Part shown: in pieces, positions 54,179 to 64,000 of the stretch | Position numbering within the stretch: the first letter of the stretch is position 1 | Layout of the letters: each line of letters opens with the position of its first letter | From: Geminicoccus sp. | GTDB taxonomy: Bacteria > Pseudomonadota > Alphaproteobacteria > UBA7985 | Direction: 5' to 3' | DNA length: 64,000 bases | Assembly (NCBI GenBank): GCA_002708995.1 | Contig: PAPT01000016.1 | Span: 39,892 to 103,891 of the forward strand | The notes under the pieces: model-generated | What the model saw: the letters and a program-made list of their open reading frames with translations, nothing else | Databases searched by the model: none | What the model was told of the DNA's origin: nothing | Made by a program: the position numbers and the translations under genes

Positions 54179-55552
54179 TCAGGCTGCAACCGCCGCCGCG
54201 GCCCGGAGCCGGTCGGACTTGAGCCGGTCAGCGACCAGAAAGGCCAGCTCGAGCGACTGCGTACCGTTAAGGCGCGGGTCACAGTGCGTGTGGTAACGGC
54301 TGGCGAGGTCTTCATCAGTGATCGCGGCGGCACCGCCGATGCACTCAGTCACGTCCTTGCCGGTCAGCTCGAAATGAACGCCGCCGGGCACCGTGCCCTC
54401 GGCCTCGTGCACGTCGAAGAAGCGGGAAATCTCATTCTTGACGTTATCGAAGGAGCGGGTCTTGAAGCCCGTCGACGCCTTGTGGGTGTTGCCGTGCATG
54501 GGATCACAGGACCAGACCACCGAGCGCCCGGCGCCGTGGATCTTGCGCACGATCCCGGGCATGTACTCCAGCACCTTGTCGGCGCCCATGCGCACGATCA
54601 GCGTGATGCGACCGGCTTCGTTGGTGGGGTTGAGGATTTCCGTCAGCCGGACGATCTCGTCAGGGTCTGAGCTGGGGCCAACCTTGATCCCGATGGGGTT
54701 TTCGACACCGCGCAGGAATTCGACATGAGCGTGGTCGGGCTGGCGGGTCCGGTCGCCGATCCACAGCATGTGAGCCGAAAGATCGTAGGTTTTTCCGGTC
54801 AGGCTGTCCTCGCGGGTCAGCGCTTCCTCGTACCAGAGCAACAGCGCTTCGTGGGAGGTGTAGAAGTCGACCTCGGCCAGCTGCGGCATCTGCGCATCGA
54901 CGCCACAAGCCTTCATGAAGCCCAGCGCCTCTTCGATCTCGCGGGCAAGGCCTTCGTACTCGGCACCGGCCGGAGAGTTGGCGACGAAATCGAGGTTCCA
55001 GCGGTGCACCTGCTCCAGCGAGGCGAAACCACCTTGTGCGAAGGCGCGCAGCAGGTTGAGGGTCGAGGACGCCTGATTGTAGGCCGACATCATCCGGCGC
55101 GGGTCGGGCACGCGGCTGGCGGCGGTGAAGTCACCATCGTTGATGATATCGCCGCGGTAGGATGGCAGCTCGACGCCATCGACCACCTCGGTCGGGGCCG
55201 AACGCGGCTTGGCGAATTGCCCGGCCATGCGACCGACCTTCACCACGGGCTTCTGCGCGGCAAAGGTCAGGGTTACCGCCATCTGCAGCAGCACCTTGAA
55301 GGTGTCGCGGATGTGGTCGGCGGAGAACTCGGCAAAGGCCTCGGCACAGTCCCCGCCCTGCAGCAGAAAGGCTTCGCCGCGCGAGGCTTCAGCCAGGCGG
55401 GATTTCAGGGAGCGCACCTCGCCGGCAAACACCAGCGGGGGCTGACGTTGCAGGTCGGCTTCGACACTGGCCAGCAGAGCCTGATCCTCGTAGGTCGGCA
55501 CCTGCAGGATCGGCACGTTGCGCCAGGAATTCGGGGTCCAGGACTGCGCCAT
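54179..55552 (-). CDS. Class II (plant-like) 3-deoxy-7-phosphoheptulonate synthase
   Basis: ORF 54179..55624 trimmed to [12 protein letters not shown]. The length (~457 aa) and segments such as LLQGGDCAE and [10 protein letters not shown] are typical of class II DAHP synthases. Confidence 0.92.
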   Translation of the reverse strand: MAQSWTPNSWRNVPILQVPTYEDQALLASVEADLQRQPPLVFAGEVRSLKSRLAEASRGEAFLLQGGDCAEAFAEFSADHIRDTFKVLLQMAVTLTFAAQKPVVKVGRMAGQFAKPRSAPTEVVDGVELPSYRGDIINDGDFTAASRVPDPRRMMSAYNQASSTLNLLRAFAQGGFASLEQVHRWNLDFVANSPAGAEYEGLAREIEEALGFMKACGVDAQMPQLAEVDFYTSHEALLLWYEEALTREDSLTGKTYDLSAHMLWIGDRTRQPDHAHVEFLRGVENPIGIKVGPSSDPDEIVRLTEILNPTNEAGRITLIVRMGADKVLEYMPGIVRKIHGAGRSVVWSCDPMHGNTHKASTGFKTRSFDNVKNEISRFFDVHEAEGTVPGGVHFELTGKDVTECIGGAAAITDEDLASRYHTHCDPRLNGTQSLELAFLVADRLKSDRLRAAAAVAA

Positions 55553-55638
55553 CGGACATCTCCACGGTTTGGGGTGGTTCAGGGTGGCGGTGATAGAAAC
55601 GCTCACAGCCCGAGAAATCAACAACTAAGGCACTGGGA

Positions 55639-56865
55639 TCAGCCCTGAATCTGGCGAACGACCGCCTTTCCCACCCAGCGGCCGGTGGCGATGCAGGCCT
55701 GCAGCAAATAGCCGCCGGTCGGCGCTTCCCAGTCGAGCATTTCTCCAGCCGCATAAACTGTGGGCAACGCCCGAATCTGGAGGTCAGAGTCGACCGCCTC
55801 CCACGCAACGCCGCCGTCGGAGGAGATTGCACGCTCCATGCCAAAGGGACGCAAAACCGAGAGTCGAACAGATTTCAGGGCCGCAGCGAGGTCTTGGGGC
55901 TGCATTTCGCCCGTTCCTGAAGCCTGCCCCTCGAAAAACAGCGCCCGCTGCACCGGATCGAGGTTCAGGGCCTTGCGCAGGCGATTGCCCAGACTGTCTT
56001 TACGACGCGCCTTGGCTGCGGCGCGGGACAGGCGGGCCTCGATCTCCGCCTCTGTCCACTGGGGCAGCAGGTCGAGGCGCAGGGTTTGCGGCCCCGCATC
56101 CTGCGCGAGTGCATCGCGGATTGCGGCGCTGAGGGCATAGACCGCCCCGCCCTCGATCCTGCGTCGGGTGACGACCGCCTCTCCCCGCGTGCTGTGCTTG
56201 CCAAAATGGAAGCCGACATTCTTGACCGGCTTGCCCTCGGCCTGTTGCAGCAGATGCGGGGTCCAGTCGACCTCGAACCCGCAGTTGCTGGGGGCGAAGG
56301 GAGACAGGGTCACCCCGCGCTCGGCCAGCGCCGTCTTCCACGCGCCGGTCGAGCCCAGCCGCGGCCAGGTGGCACCGCCCAGCCCCAGCACGGTCGCGGA
56401 CGCCTGCTGGCTGACCTCCTGTCCGCCCCCGGCCTCGAAACGCAGCGCGCCGCTGTCGTCCCAGCCGGTCCAGCGTTGGCGGTTGTGGAGCTTCACCCCC
56501 AGCTGCTCCAGCAGCGTCAGCCACGCGCGCAGCAGGGGCGAAGCCTTGAAGCTGTCCGGGAACACGCGACCGCTGCTGCCGACAAAAGTGCCCTCCCCCA
56601 ACCGCGCGCACCAGTCGCGCAGGTCATCGGGGGTGAAGTGCTCGATAATGGGGGTCAGCTCGGGCGCCCACTCGGCATAGCGCGCGATAAAGAGTTCCCG
56701 GGGTTCGGAATGGGTGATGTTGAGCCCGCCCAGCCCGGCCATGAGCAGCTTTCGCCCTCGTGAGTGCATCTGCTCATAGACCACGACCGGCAAACCGGCC
56801 TCGGCGACGACTTCAGCGGCGGCCAGCGCGGCCGGGCCGGCCCCGATGACAGCGACGGGCTCCAC
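55639..56865 (-). CDS. NAD(P)/FAD-dependent oxidoreductase, HI0933/BaiN-like flavoprotein
   Basis: 408 aa with the dinucleotide fold VAVIGAGPAALAAAE and RKLLMAGLGGLNITH, typical of this family. Confidence 0.8.
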   Translation of the reverse strand: MEPVAVIGAGPAALAAAEVVAEAGLPVVVYEQMHSRGRKLLMAGLGGLNITHSEPRELFIARYAEWAPELTPIIEHFTPDDLRDWCARLGEGTFVGSSGRVFPDSFKASPLLRAWLTLLEQLGVKLHNRQRWTGWDDSGALRFEAGGGQEVSQQASATVLGLGGATWPRLGSTGAWKTALAERGVTLSPFAPSNCGFEVDWTPHLLQQAEGKPVKNVGFHFGKHSTRGEAVVTRRRIEGGAVYALSAAIRDALAQDAGPQTLRLDLLPQWTEAEIEARLSRAAAKARRKDSLGNRLRKALNLDPVQRALFFEGQASGTGEMQPQDLAAALKSVRLSVLRPFGMERAISSDGGVAWEAVDSDLQIRALPTVYAAGEMLDWEAPTGGYLLQACIATGRWVGKAVVRQIQG

Positions 56866-56869
56866 GCAA

Positions 56870-58681
56870 TCAGGCCGCGAAGGAGAAAGCTTCCTCGTCC
56901 AGCGCCATGATGGTTTCCTTGCCCGCGCTGATCATTTTGAACATGGCCTGGGCTTCGGGGAGCATGCGCTTATAGAAGAACCGTGCGGTCTTGACCTTGG
57001 CTTCATAAAAGGCGGCATCGCCCTTGCCCTCGGCGAGCGCGGCCTTGGCCTTAAGCGCCATTTCGCACCACAGGTAGGCCAGCGCGGTCAGCGCAAACAG
57101 GCGCAGGTAGTCCGAGGACGCGGCACCGACTTCTTCGGCGTCTTTCATGCCGCTCTGGGCGATCTGGCCCGAAGCCTGCTGCAGCCAGCCGAAGGTCTTG
57201 GCAAGGTCCGGCACGAACTCAACCGCGTCCGGGTTGCTGACGTTGGCTTCGATGAAGGCCGAGACCGGGTGGAAGAAGCTGCGCAGGTAGCGACCGAAGT
57301 GGGCGCCGAGCTTGCGCCCGGCCAGATCGAGCGCCTGAATGCCGTTGGTGCCCTCGTAGATCTGGGCGATGCGGGCATCGCGGATCAGCTGCTCCATGCC
57401 CCATTCCTGAATATAGCCGTGCCCGCCCATGGTCTGCACGCCGAGGTTTGCGGCCTCGGACCCGGCATCGGTCATGTACGACTTGATGATCGGCGTCATG
57501 AGCTGGACGAAATCGTCGGCGTCCTGCCTCACTTGTGGGTCGCTGTGCTTGACGGCCTTGTCGATCTCTAGCGCGATCCACGCAGCGAGCGCGCGCCCAC
57601 CTTCGTTGTTGGCTTTCATCCGTAGCAGCATGCGGCGCACGTCGGGGTGCACGAGGATGGAGTCCGCGGCCCGGTCCGGGCTCTGCGTACCACCCAGCGA
57701 GCGGCCCTGATCCCGGTTGCGGGCGTAGTCGAAGGCCGACTGGAAGGCGATTTCGCCGATGCCCAACCCCTGCATGCCCACGCCCAGGCGGGCCGCGTTC
57801 ATCATGGTGAACATGGCCGCGAGGCCCTTGTTGGGCTGGCCGACCATCCAGCCGATGGCACCGTCGAAGAACAGCTGACAGGTCGCGTTGCCGTGGATGC
57901 CCATCTTTTCCTCGATGGCGTTGCAGCGCACGCCGTTGCGCTGGCCCGGGGTGTTTTCTGCCGTGGGCAGGAACTTCGGCACGAGGAACAGCGAGATCCC
58001 CTTCACGCCCTCGGGCGCGTCGGGCAGCTTGGCCAGCACGAGGTGAACGATGTTCTCGGTCAGGTCATGCTCACCGGCAGAAATAAAGATTTTCTGCCCG
58101 GTCAGCGCGAAGCTGCCGTCGCCCTTGGGCTCGGCCTTGGTCTTGATCAGGCCCAGATCGGTGCCGCAGTGCGGCTCGGTCAGGCACATAGTCCCGGACC
58201 ACTCGCCTGAGTTCAGCTTGGGCAGGTACTGATCCTTCTGCTCCTCAGTGCCGTGCAGGTAGATGGCGTTGTAACAGCCGTGGCTCAGCCCCGGGTACAT
58301 GCCGAAGGCCATGTTGGTCGAGACCACCATTTCCTGAATCATGAACTCCAGCGTATGCGGCAGGCCGGTGCCGCCATACTTCGGGTCGGTGGACAGCGAG
58401 GTGAAGCCGTTTTCACAGTACTTGTCGTAGGCTTCCTTGAACCCAGTCGGGGTGCGGACCACGCCGTTTTCCAGCACACAGCCTTCGCGGTCACCGGTCT
58501 GGTTCAGGGGCAGCAGCTCGTTCTTGGTGAACTTCGCCGCCTCGTCCAGCATGGCGTTGATCAGGTCGGGCGAGGCATCCTCGTAGCCCTCATAGGTGCT
58601 CAGCTCGGATGCGTCCCAGAGCTCGTGCAGGACGAACTTCATATCCTTGAGCGGCGCGTTGTAACCGTCAGTGACCGGCAT
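56870..58681 (-). CDS. Long acyl-CoA dehydrogenase (about 600 aa, FadE-like with C-terminal extension domain)
   Basis: 603 aa with ACAD N-terminal, middle and C-terminal domains (GTMCLTEPHCGTDLG; QTMGGHGYI..EQLIRDARI..IYEGTNGIQ). Confidence 0.9.
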   Translation of the reverse strand: MPVTDGYNAPLKDMKFVLHELWDASELSTYEGYEDASPDLINAMLDEAAKFTKNELLPLNQTGDREGCVLENGVVRTPTGFKEAYDKYCENGFTSLSTDPKYGGTGLPHTLEFMIQEMVVSTNMAFGMYPGLSHGCYNAIYLHGTEEQKDQYLPKLNSGEWSGTMCLTEPHCGTDLGLIKTKAEPKGDGSFALTGQKIFISAGEHDLTENIVHLVLAKLPDAPEGVKGISLFLVPKFLPTAENTPGQRNGVRCNAIEEKMGIHGNATCQLFFDGAIGWMVGQPNKGLAAMFTMMNAARLGVGMQGLGIGEIAFQSAFDYARNRDQGRSLGGTQSPDRAADSILVHPDVRRMLLRMKANNEGGRALAAWIALEIDKAVKHSDPQVRQDADDFVQLMTPIIKSYMTDAGSEAANLGVQTMGGHGYIQEWGMEQLIRDARIAQIYEGTNGIQALDLAGRKLGAHFGRYLRSFFHPVSAFIEANVSNPDAVEFVPDLAKTFGWLQQASGQIAQSGMKDAEEVGAASSDYLRLFALTALAYLWCEMALKAKAALAEGKGDAAFYEAKVKTARFFYKRMLPEAQAMFKMISAGKETIMALDEEAFSFAA

Positions 58682-58769
58682 TTCAGCCTCCTTTATTGAC
58701 TGGCACCCACCCTAGGCCAAAGCCCGGCAGGCGCAGAGGGCGCTTGGTGTCGCGCCACAGTGATCGTGT

Positions 58770-61103
58770 CTAGTTCCGCAACGGCTTGTTGGTGTTGAGC
58801 ATGTACTCCATCCGGGCCAGCGACTTAGGTTCCTTGAGCATCTTGATGAAATACTTCTGCTCGAGCTTGAGCAGGTCGCGTTCCGTCAGCTCCTCAGTAA
58901 CGTCCGTGTCTTCCCCAGTCAGCACCTGCCCCACCGCACGGCCGACCGTCATGTCGTGGTCGGTGGCCATGCCTTTGAGGTGGAAGTCGTGCAGCGCCAT
59001 GTCGATGGCCGCCCGACCGGTGGCGCCGGGGAGGCGGAAGGTCGCCTCTTCAGGTGGCTCGTAGCCCTCGACCATGGACAGCGCGCGCTGCTTGGCGTCG
59101 TAGAGCACACGCTCCTTATTGAAGGTGATGCTGTCGGCCTCGTTGATGATCAGCATGTCGCGCTGGGCTTCCATGGCGGACTTGGCGACCTGCCCGGTGC
59201 CGATCAGCTCGAAGGCTTTGACCAATGCGGGCATAGGGCCTCGGGCGCTGCGCTTGTTGGCGCTGTGGCGGCGGATCATCTCCTTGCACCCGCCCCAGCC
59301 GGGCAGAACCCCGACCCCGACCTCGACCAGACCGGTGTAGGTCTCGGCGTGGGCCTGAACAGCGTCTGAATGCATCAGAATCTCACAGCCGCCGCCCACG
59401 GCGACGCCGGAGGGCGCGGAGACCACCGGGAAGCCCGAGAAGCGCAGCTTCATGAAGGTATCCTGACCACCCTTGATCCCGCCCTGCACCTGCGGCCAGG
59501 CGGCGATGTTGGAGGCGAACAAGGCAATCCCGAGATTGGCCCCGACGGAGAAGTTACGGCCTTCGTTGTGGATCACCAGCGCCCTCCACGCTTCATCCTT
59601 TTCGATCAGCGCGATAGTATTGTTGAGAATGGCCATAACGCTGTCGTCGAGGGAGTTGGCGTAGGTGGTGAACTCGAAACACAGGACGCCGTCGCCCAGA
59701 TCCCAGACCGACGCTGCGCTGCTGCGCAGCACCGGCTCAGACCGGCGCTTGATGTCGGAGAGCAGCAGCACGCCTTCGGGCCGCACGATAGCCTGATAGC
59801 TGCCGTCGCCGAGCATGAAGAAGCGCTCGCCGTCCTCAACCTTGTAGAACGTGCCCTCGCCCACCTGCTGGAGCAGAGGCGGCACGCTGCGGCCTTCCTC
59901 GGCCAGCTTGCCCGCGACCCACGCGGCGCCGACAACGTCCATTAGCTCGAACGGACCCCACTTAAGGCCGTAGCCGGTCTTCATCGCCTCATCGACGTCG
60001 AAGATCGATTGCGCGATGTCGAGCGCATGCTCAGCGGCGTAGACAAAGTATTTTGACATGTAGCACCAGGCCGCATCGGCGAGGTGGTCGCCCGCCTTAA
60101 AGACCGCGCGCGCGCCTTTCTTAGATACCGCCAGCGCGGCGCCCTCGGGCTTCTCGACCGGGCGGTATTCGCCGGTTTTCAGGTCGCGGACTTCCTTGAC
60201 CCTGCCGCCGCCCTCACGGTTGATGCGGTACCAGCCGCCCTTGCCCTTGCGGCCAGTGTAACCCTCGGCAATCATCTTATCGAGCAGCTCGGACTCGCGG
60301 TATTCCTCGCGGAACAGATCGCCCTGATTGACATTGTCGTAGAGCGATTTGGAGACGTAGGGCCCCAGATCCAGCCCGACCAGATCCATCAGTTTGAAGA
60401 TGCCGGTCGAAGGGAAGCCGAAGTGGCGCCCGGCGAGGGCGTCCGCCTGTTCGATGCTAAGACCGTGGTCGGCCGTGGCGTTGGACGCCGCCTGCAGCAA
60501 CAGCGAGCCCAGACGGTTGGCGATAAAGCCGGGGGTATCCTGACAATCGATCACCTTCTTGCCCAGCGCCACGTCGCAGACCCGGCGCAGCTCATCGACC
60601 ACGTCGGCGTCGGTCGCATCCGTGGTGACGAGCTCCAGCAGCTGCATGTAGCGCGGTGGGTTGAAGAAGTGGGTGATGGCAAAACGCTTGGCCCGGGCCG
60701 GGTCCATGCCGTCGGTCAGAATCGACAGCGGGATGGTCGAGGTGTTGGAGGTGATGATAGCGTCGGGCCTGGCGACCGCAGCGAGCTGCTTGTACAGACC
60801 CTGCTTGATATCCGCGCGCTCCACGATGACTTCGATGATCCAGTCGACATCGGCGAGCCGGTCGAGGTGGTCTTCGAGGTTGCAAGGGGTGACGTAGCGG
60901 GCGCGGGACTTGTGCATAAAGGGCGCGGGGTCGGTCTTCAGCGCCTTCTTGATCGCGCCCTTGGCCACCGCGTCGCGATCGGTCGCGCCCTCGGGCACGA
61001 TGTCCAGCAGGTCTACCTTATAACCAGCGTTGGCACACTGCGCCGCAATGCCCATGCCCATCACGCCGGACCCGATGACAGCAATTTTCCTGATCTCAGT
61101 CAT
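58770..61103 (-). CDS. Bifunctional 3-hydroxyacyl-CoA dehydrogenase / enoyl-CoA hydratase
   Basis: ORF 58770..61181 trimmed to MTEIRKIAVIGSGVMGMGIA (Rossmann fold). A crotonase-like domain occupies the C-terminal half. Confidence 0.9.
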   Translation of the reverse strand: MTEIRKIAVIGSGVMGMGIAAQCANAGYKVDLLDIVPEGATDRDAVAKGAIKKALKTDPAPFMHKSRARYVTPCNLEDHLDRLADVDWIIEVIVERADIKQGLYKQLAAVARPDAIITSNTSTIPLSILTDGMDPARAKRFAITHFFNPPRYMQLLELVTTDATDADVVDELRRVCDVALGKKVIDCQDTPGFIANRLGSLLLQAASNATADHGLSIEQADALAGRHFGFPSTGIFKLMDLVGLDLGPYVSKSLYDNVNQGDLFREEYRESELLDKMIAEGYTGRKGKGGWYRINREGGGRVKEVRDLKTGEYRPVEKPEGAALAVSKKGARAVFKAGDHLADAAWCYMSKYFVYAAEHALDIAQSIFDVDEAMKTGYGLKWGPFELMDVVGAAWVAGKLAEEGRSVPPLLQQVGEGTFYKVEDGERFFMLGDGSYQAIVRPEGVLLLSDIKRRSEPVLRSSAASVWDLGDGVLCFEFTTYANSLDDSVMAILNNTIALIEKDEAWRALVIHNEGRNFSVGANLGIALFASNIAAWPQVQGGIKGGQDTFMKLRFSGFPVVSAPSGVAVGGGCEILMHSDAVQAHAETYTGLVEVGVGVLPGWGGCKEMIRRHSANKRSARGPMPALVKAFELIGTGQVAKSAMEAQRDMLIINEADSITFNKERVLYDAKQRALSMVEGYEPPEEATFRLPGATGRAAIDMALHDFHLKGMATDHDMTVGRAVGQVLTGEDTDVTEELTERDLLKLEQKYFIKMLKEPKSLARMEYMLNTNKPLRN

Positions 61104-61132
61104 GTCGATCTGCTTTCCTGTCGGGCCTGCGC

Positions 61133-62257
61133 TCAGGCGGCTTCCATGATGGTGGCGATGCCCTGACCGCCGCCGATGCACTGCGTGGACAAGGCGTACT
61201 TCTTACCTTCACGCTTGAGCAGGGCTGCCGCCTTGCCGGTGATCCGCGCGCCGGTTGCACCCAGCGGGTGGCCGATGGCGATGGCACCGCCGTCGAGGTT
61301 GATGCGCTCCAAATCCATGCCGAGGTCGTTGATGCAGGCGATGGACTGCGAGGCGAAGGCCTCGTTGAGCTCGACAATGTCGATATCTCCCATTTCCAGA
61401 CCCGCACGCTTCAGCGCCTTCCGGGTTGCGCCAATCGGGCCAAGCCCCATGACGTCGGGGTCACAGCCGTTGATCGCCATCGAGCGGATAACTGCCAGCG
61501 GGGTCAGGTTGTGCTCACGGGCGTATTCGGCTGAACAGACCAGCGTCGCTGCCGCACCATCGGTCAGCGGCGAAGACGTGCCTGCGGTCACCGAGCCAGT
61601 AGCCGAGAACGCGGGCTTGAGGCCCGAAAGGCCTTCCAGATTGGTATCGGGGCGAATGCAACCGTCGGCGTCGACGCCGTCGACCGTGACGATCTCGTCG
61701 CGCAGTTTACCGGCTTCGTGGGCGGCCGCGGCCTTGCGATGCGATTCAACGGCGAAGGCTTCCTGCACCTCGCGGCTGAGCTGGTAGCGCTCCGCGACGA
61801 CCTCTGCGGTCTCGCCCATGCCCATGTAGACCCCGTGGAAATCCGCCATCAGCTGCGGGTTCGGCATGGGGTTGAAGCCCCCCATGGGCACGCGGGTCAT
61901 GGACTCGACCCCGGCCGCAACGAACGCATCGCCCGCGCCCATGGCAATCTGACCGGCGGCGTAGTGGATCGCCGACATCGAAGACCCGCACCAGCGGTTG
62001 ATGGTGGCGCCGCCGACCTCTTTGGGGAACCCGGCGCGCAGGGCAACCAGACGGCCCATCAGCAGCCCCTGCTCGCCCTCGGGCGTGGCGTTGCCGAGGA
62101 TCACGTCCTCGACCGTTGCCGGATCGACCCCAGCGCGCTCAACGACAGCAAAAACGACCGCCGCCGCCATATCGTCGGGGCGGGTCTTGGTCAGGAGGCC
62201 CTTGTGGGCGGGTTGAAAGGCCGTGCGGGCATACTGCGCGATGACGATTTGCGTCAT
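61133..62257 (-). CDS. Acetyl-CoA C-acyltransferase (thiolase)
   Basis: ORF 61133..62290 trimmed to MTQIVIAQY. Active-site regions NRWCGSSM and the C-terminal CIGGGQG. Confidence 0.93.
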   Translation of the reverse strand: MTQIVIAQYARTAFQPAHKGLLTKTRPDDMAAAVVFAVVERAGVDPATVEDVILGNATPEGEQGLLMGRLVALRAGFPKEVGGATINRWCGSSMSAIHYAAGQIAMGAGDAFVAAGVESMTRVPMGGFNPMPNPQLMADFHGVYMGMGETAEVVAERYQLSREVQEAFAVESHRKAAAAHEAGKLRDEIVTVDGVDADGCIRPDTNLEGLSGLKPAFSATGSVTAGTSSPLTDGAAATLVCSAEYAREHNLTPLAVIRSMAINGCDPDVMGLGPIGATRKALKRAGLEMGDIDIVELNEAFASQSIACINDLGMDLERINLDGGAIAIGHPLGATGARITGKAAALLKREGKKYALSTQCIGGGQGIATIMEAA

Positions 62258-62415
62258 GGGTCCGGGTTTCCTCTGGTTAAAGAACTCCATGGTAAAATGG
62301 ACGTTTTACCCAAGAGGAGTCAAGAACCCGTCACCGGCCTTTTGCAGGACACAGCTCAGCGCAGACGATTTGACAGCGCAGGCCAATGCGTCGATAGCGG
62401 AAAGCCCTTAGGTTA

Positions 62416-63513
62416 GTGCGTAACCCTGCTGGAGCTTGGCCGGTGATCAATAAACTTCCGAACAAACCGCGGCGCCTGCGCGCGCACCTCGAGCAGCACC
62501 TGCATATCCTCGATACGCTGCCCTTTGCGATTCTGCAGATCAGCAAGAAGTACAAGGTGGTCTGGGCCAACCTCGCGGCCAACGAGCTGTTGCAGATGGA
62601 CCCCGTCAGCCAGACGGTGGATGAAGTGTTCTCCAACGACGTGCTCTATGACGCCGTTGAAGCCTGCTACACCGAAGGCGAGGAATTCCGCTTCGAGTTT
62701 GAATGGGGCCAGCAGCCAAAGTTGTCGATCCTCGCCACCATCACTCCGATGCACAAGACGTCTGCACAGCGTGGCCGCATGATCATGACGCTGCAGGACC
62801 TGACCACCCAGCGCCAGACCGAGCAGGTCCGCGCCGATTTTGTCGCCAACGTCAGCCACGAGCTGCGCACGCCGCTGTCCACGCTGGTCGGCTTTATCGA
62901 GACCTTGCAGGGGCCGGCCCGCGGGGATGCAGAAGCGGCCGTGAAGTTCCTCGGCATCATGGCCGACGAGGCTGCGCGCATGTCGCGCCTGGTCGAAGAC
63001 CTGCTGTCGCTGTCGTCGATCGAGATGAACGCCAGCATTCTGCCCAGCGGTGCGGTGGACATCGAACGCCTGCTCCTCACCGTTTCGGAGTCGCTGTCCA
63101 ATCGCGCTGAGCGCGCTGATCAGTCGATCGATCAGGAAATCCACGGTCCTCTGCTGGTCAGGGGCGATTCCGATGAACTGACGCAGGTGTTCTGGAACCT
63201 GATCGAGAATGCCATCAAGTACGGCCGCACCGGGCAGACCGTGAACCTCCGGGCGAGCGCGATTTCCAAGGGCAGCGAAATCCGGGTCGATGTCATCGAC
63301 CAGGGCGAAGGCATCGACGAGCAGCACCTCTCGCGGCTGACCGAGCGTTTTTACCGTGTGGATAAGGGCCGCAGCCGGAAGATGGGCGGCACAGGCTTGG
63401 GACTGGCGATCGTGAAGCATATCGTCGCCCGCCACCGCGGGCGTCTGAGCATAGCCTCTGTCCCCGACAAGGGATCGACCTTCAGCGTGGTTCTGCCCGC
63501 CTTCCGCGGCTGA
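62416..63513 (+). CDS. phoR: Phosphate regulon sensor histidine kinase PhoR-like (no predicted TM segments)
   Basis: PAS domain, H-box FVANVSHELRTPL, N/G boxes and GTGLGLAIVKHIV. Lies directly upstream of pstS. Start uncertain (GTG 62416 or GTG 62443). Confidence 0.85.
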   Translation: MRNPAGAWPVINKLPNKPRRLRAHLEQHLHILDTLPFAILQISKKYKVVWANLAANELLQMDPVSQTVDEVFSNDVLYDAVEACYTEGEEFRFEFEWGQQPKLSILATITPMHKTSAQRGRMIMTLQDLTTQRQTEQVRADFVANVSHELRTPLSTLVGFIETLQGPARGDAEAAVKFLGIMADEAARMSRLVEDLLSLSSIEMNASILPSGAVDIERLLLTVSESLSNRAERADQSIDQEIHGPLLVRGDSDELTQVFWNLIENAIKYGRTGQTVNLRASAISKGSEIRVDVIDQGEGIDEQHLSRLTERFYRVDKGRSRKMGGTGLGLAIVKHIVARHRGRLSIASVPDKGSTFSVVLPAFRG

Positions 63514-63533
63514 TCCAGACGTAATCGGCCGCG

Positions 63534-63551
63534 TTGTCATCAAACTGTAAC
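63534..63551 (+). promoter_or_regulatory. Pho box-like direct repeats TTGTCAT-N4-CTGTAAC upstream of pstS
   Basis: Two 7-nt repeats at an 11-nt period (63534-63540, 63545-63551), about 155 nt upstream of the pstS ATG. They resemble the CTGTCAT-N4-CTGTCAT PhoB consensus. Confidence 0.65.
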
Positions 63552-63705
63552 ATTGACGTAGCAATTCAGAAACGTCGCGTAACTATCCCCAGTTTCACCG
63601 GCGTGGGTCGGCTGAGTCTGACGGGATTTTGTGGAAGACGTCCTTGCCTGAACTCAGCTGCTTCGACCGGCGTGTAAGAAGTGTCAAACTCTTGGAGATC
63701 TCCTC

Positions 63706-64000
63706 ATGCGTTTCGTTGCTCTGACCCTTGCTGGTCTGGTCACTGCCGGTGCTGCTGCTGCAGACCGCGCAGACACCGTTTCAATCGTCGGTTCGTCGAC
63801 GGTTTACCCCGTTGCCACCGCTGTGGCTGAAGCCTTCGGTGAGACCACTGACTTCAACACCCCCGTTATCGAGTCCACTGGCTCGGGTGGCGGCATGAAG
63901 CTGTTCTGCGCTGGCGTCGGCCTGGACCACCCCGATGTTACCAACGCCTCCCGTCGTCAGAAGTCGAGCGAAGCGGAAACCTGCGCTGCCAACGGCGTTG
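63706..64000 (+). CDS. pstS: Phosphate ABC transporter substrate-binding protein PstS (5' part, runs off the window)
   Basis: ATG 63706. The translation MRFVALTLAGLVTAGAAAAADRADTVSIVGSSTVYPV...STGSGGGMK has a signal peptide plus PstS-family motifs. Not in the ORF track because no stop codon falls inside the window. Confidence 0.88.
   Translation, partial: MRFVALTLAGLVTAGAAAADRADTVSIVGSSTVYPVATAVAEAFGETTDFNTPVIESTGSGGGMKLFCAGVGLDHPDVTNASRRQKSSEAETCAANGV

Overview
This window looks like about 64 kb of ordinary core chromosome from a high-GC alphaproteobacterium. The lineage call rests on three things: the synteny dusB-ntrBC-ntrYX-trkA-dat-hfq-hflX, a GAAC-N7-GAAC SOS box upstream of lexA, and a PdhB that carries an N-terminal lipoyl domain. 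I call about 58 protein genes, tightly packed and almost all housekeeping. They include plsX/rpmF, hemB, and a marR-like gene followed by rpiB-glyA-nrdR-ribD-ribE-ribB(X)-ribH-nusB-thiL. Next come ppa, bamE, a Cbp3-like chaperone, yceD, trpE and a ppiD-like gene, then tpiA, secG, pyrG, eno, ispDF and cinA. The lipA-lpd-pdhC-pdhB-pdhA block is followed by ftsB, the ntr cluster, trpGDC-moaC-moeA, lexA, gltX and gltA. The window ends with a class II DAHP synthase, a beta-oxidation cluster (thiolase, dehydrogenase/hydratase, acyl-CoA dehydrogenase) and phoR-pstS. I see no rRNA or tRNA genes, CRISPR arrays, transposases, integrases, prophage genes or recognisable defence genes, and no convincing novel multi-gene system. 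The unexplained material is small-scale. (1) A 635-bp ORF-free, lower-GC spacer between hflX and trpG has nested inverted repeats and an array of GCGCAA words. (2) The hfq leader carries a perfect 25-bp tandem duplication and eight consecutive A-R-N triplets. (3) A 778-bp gltX/gltA divergent spacer contains a short stretch with codon-like periodicity. (4) One orphan secreted protein has no recognisable family. (5) There are several candidate operator palindromes, coding tandem repeats and low-complexity C-terminal extensions. Many ORF-track starts were trimmed to homology-consistent start codons. Start positions are less certain than stop positions. The long antisense ORFs are treated as high-GC artefacts.
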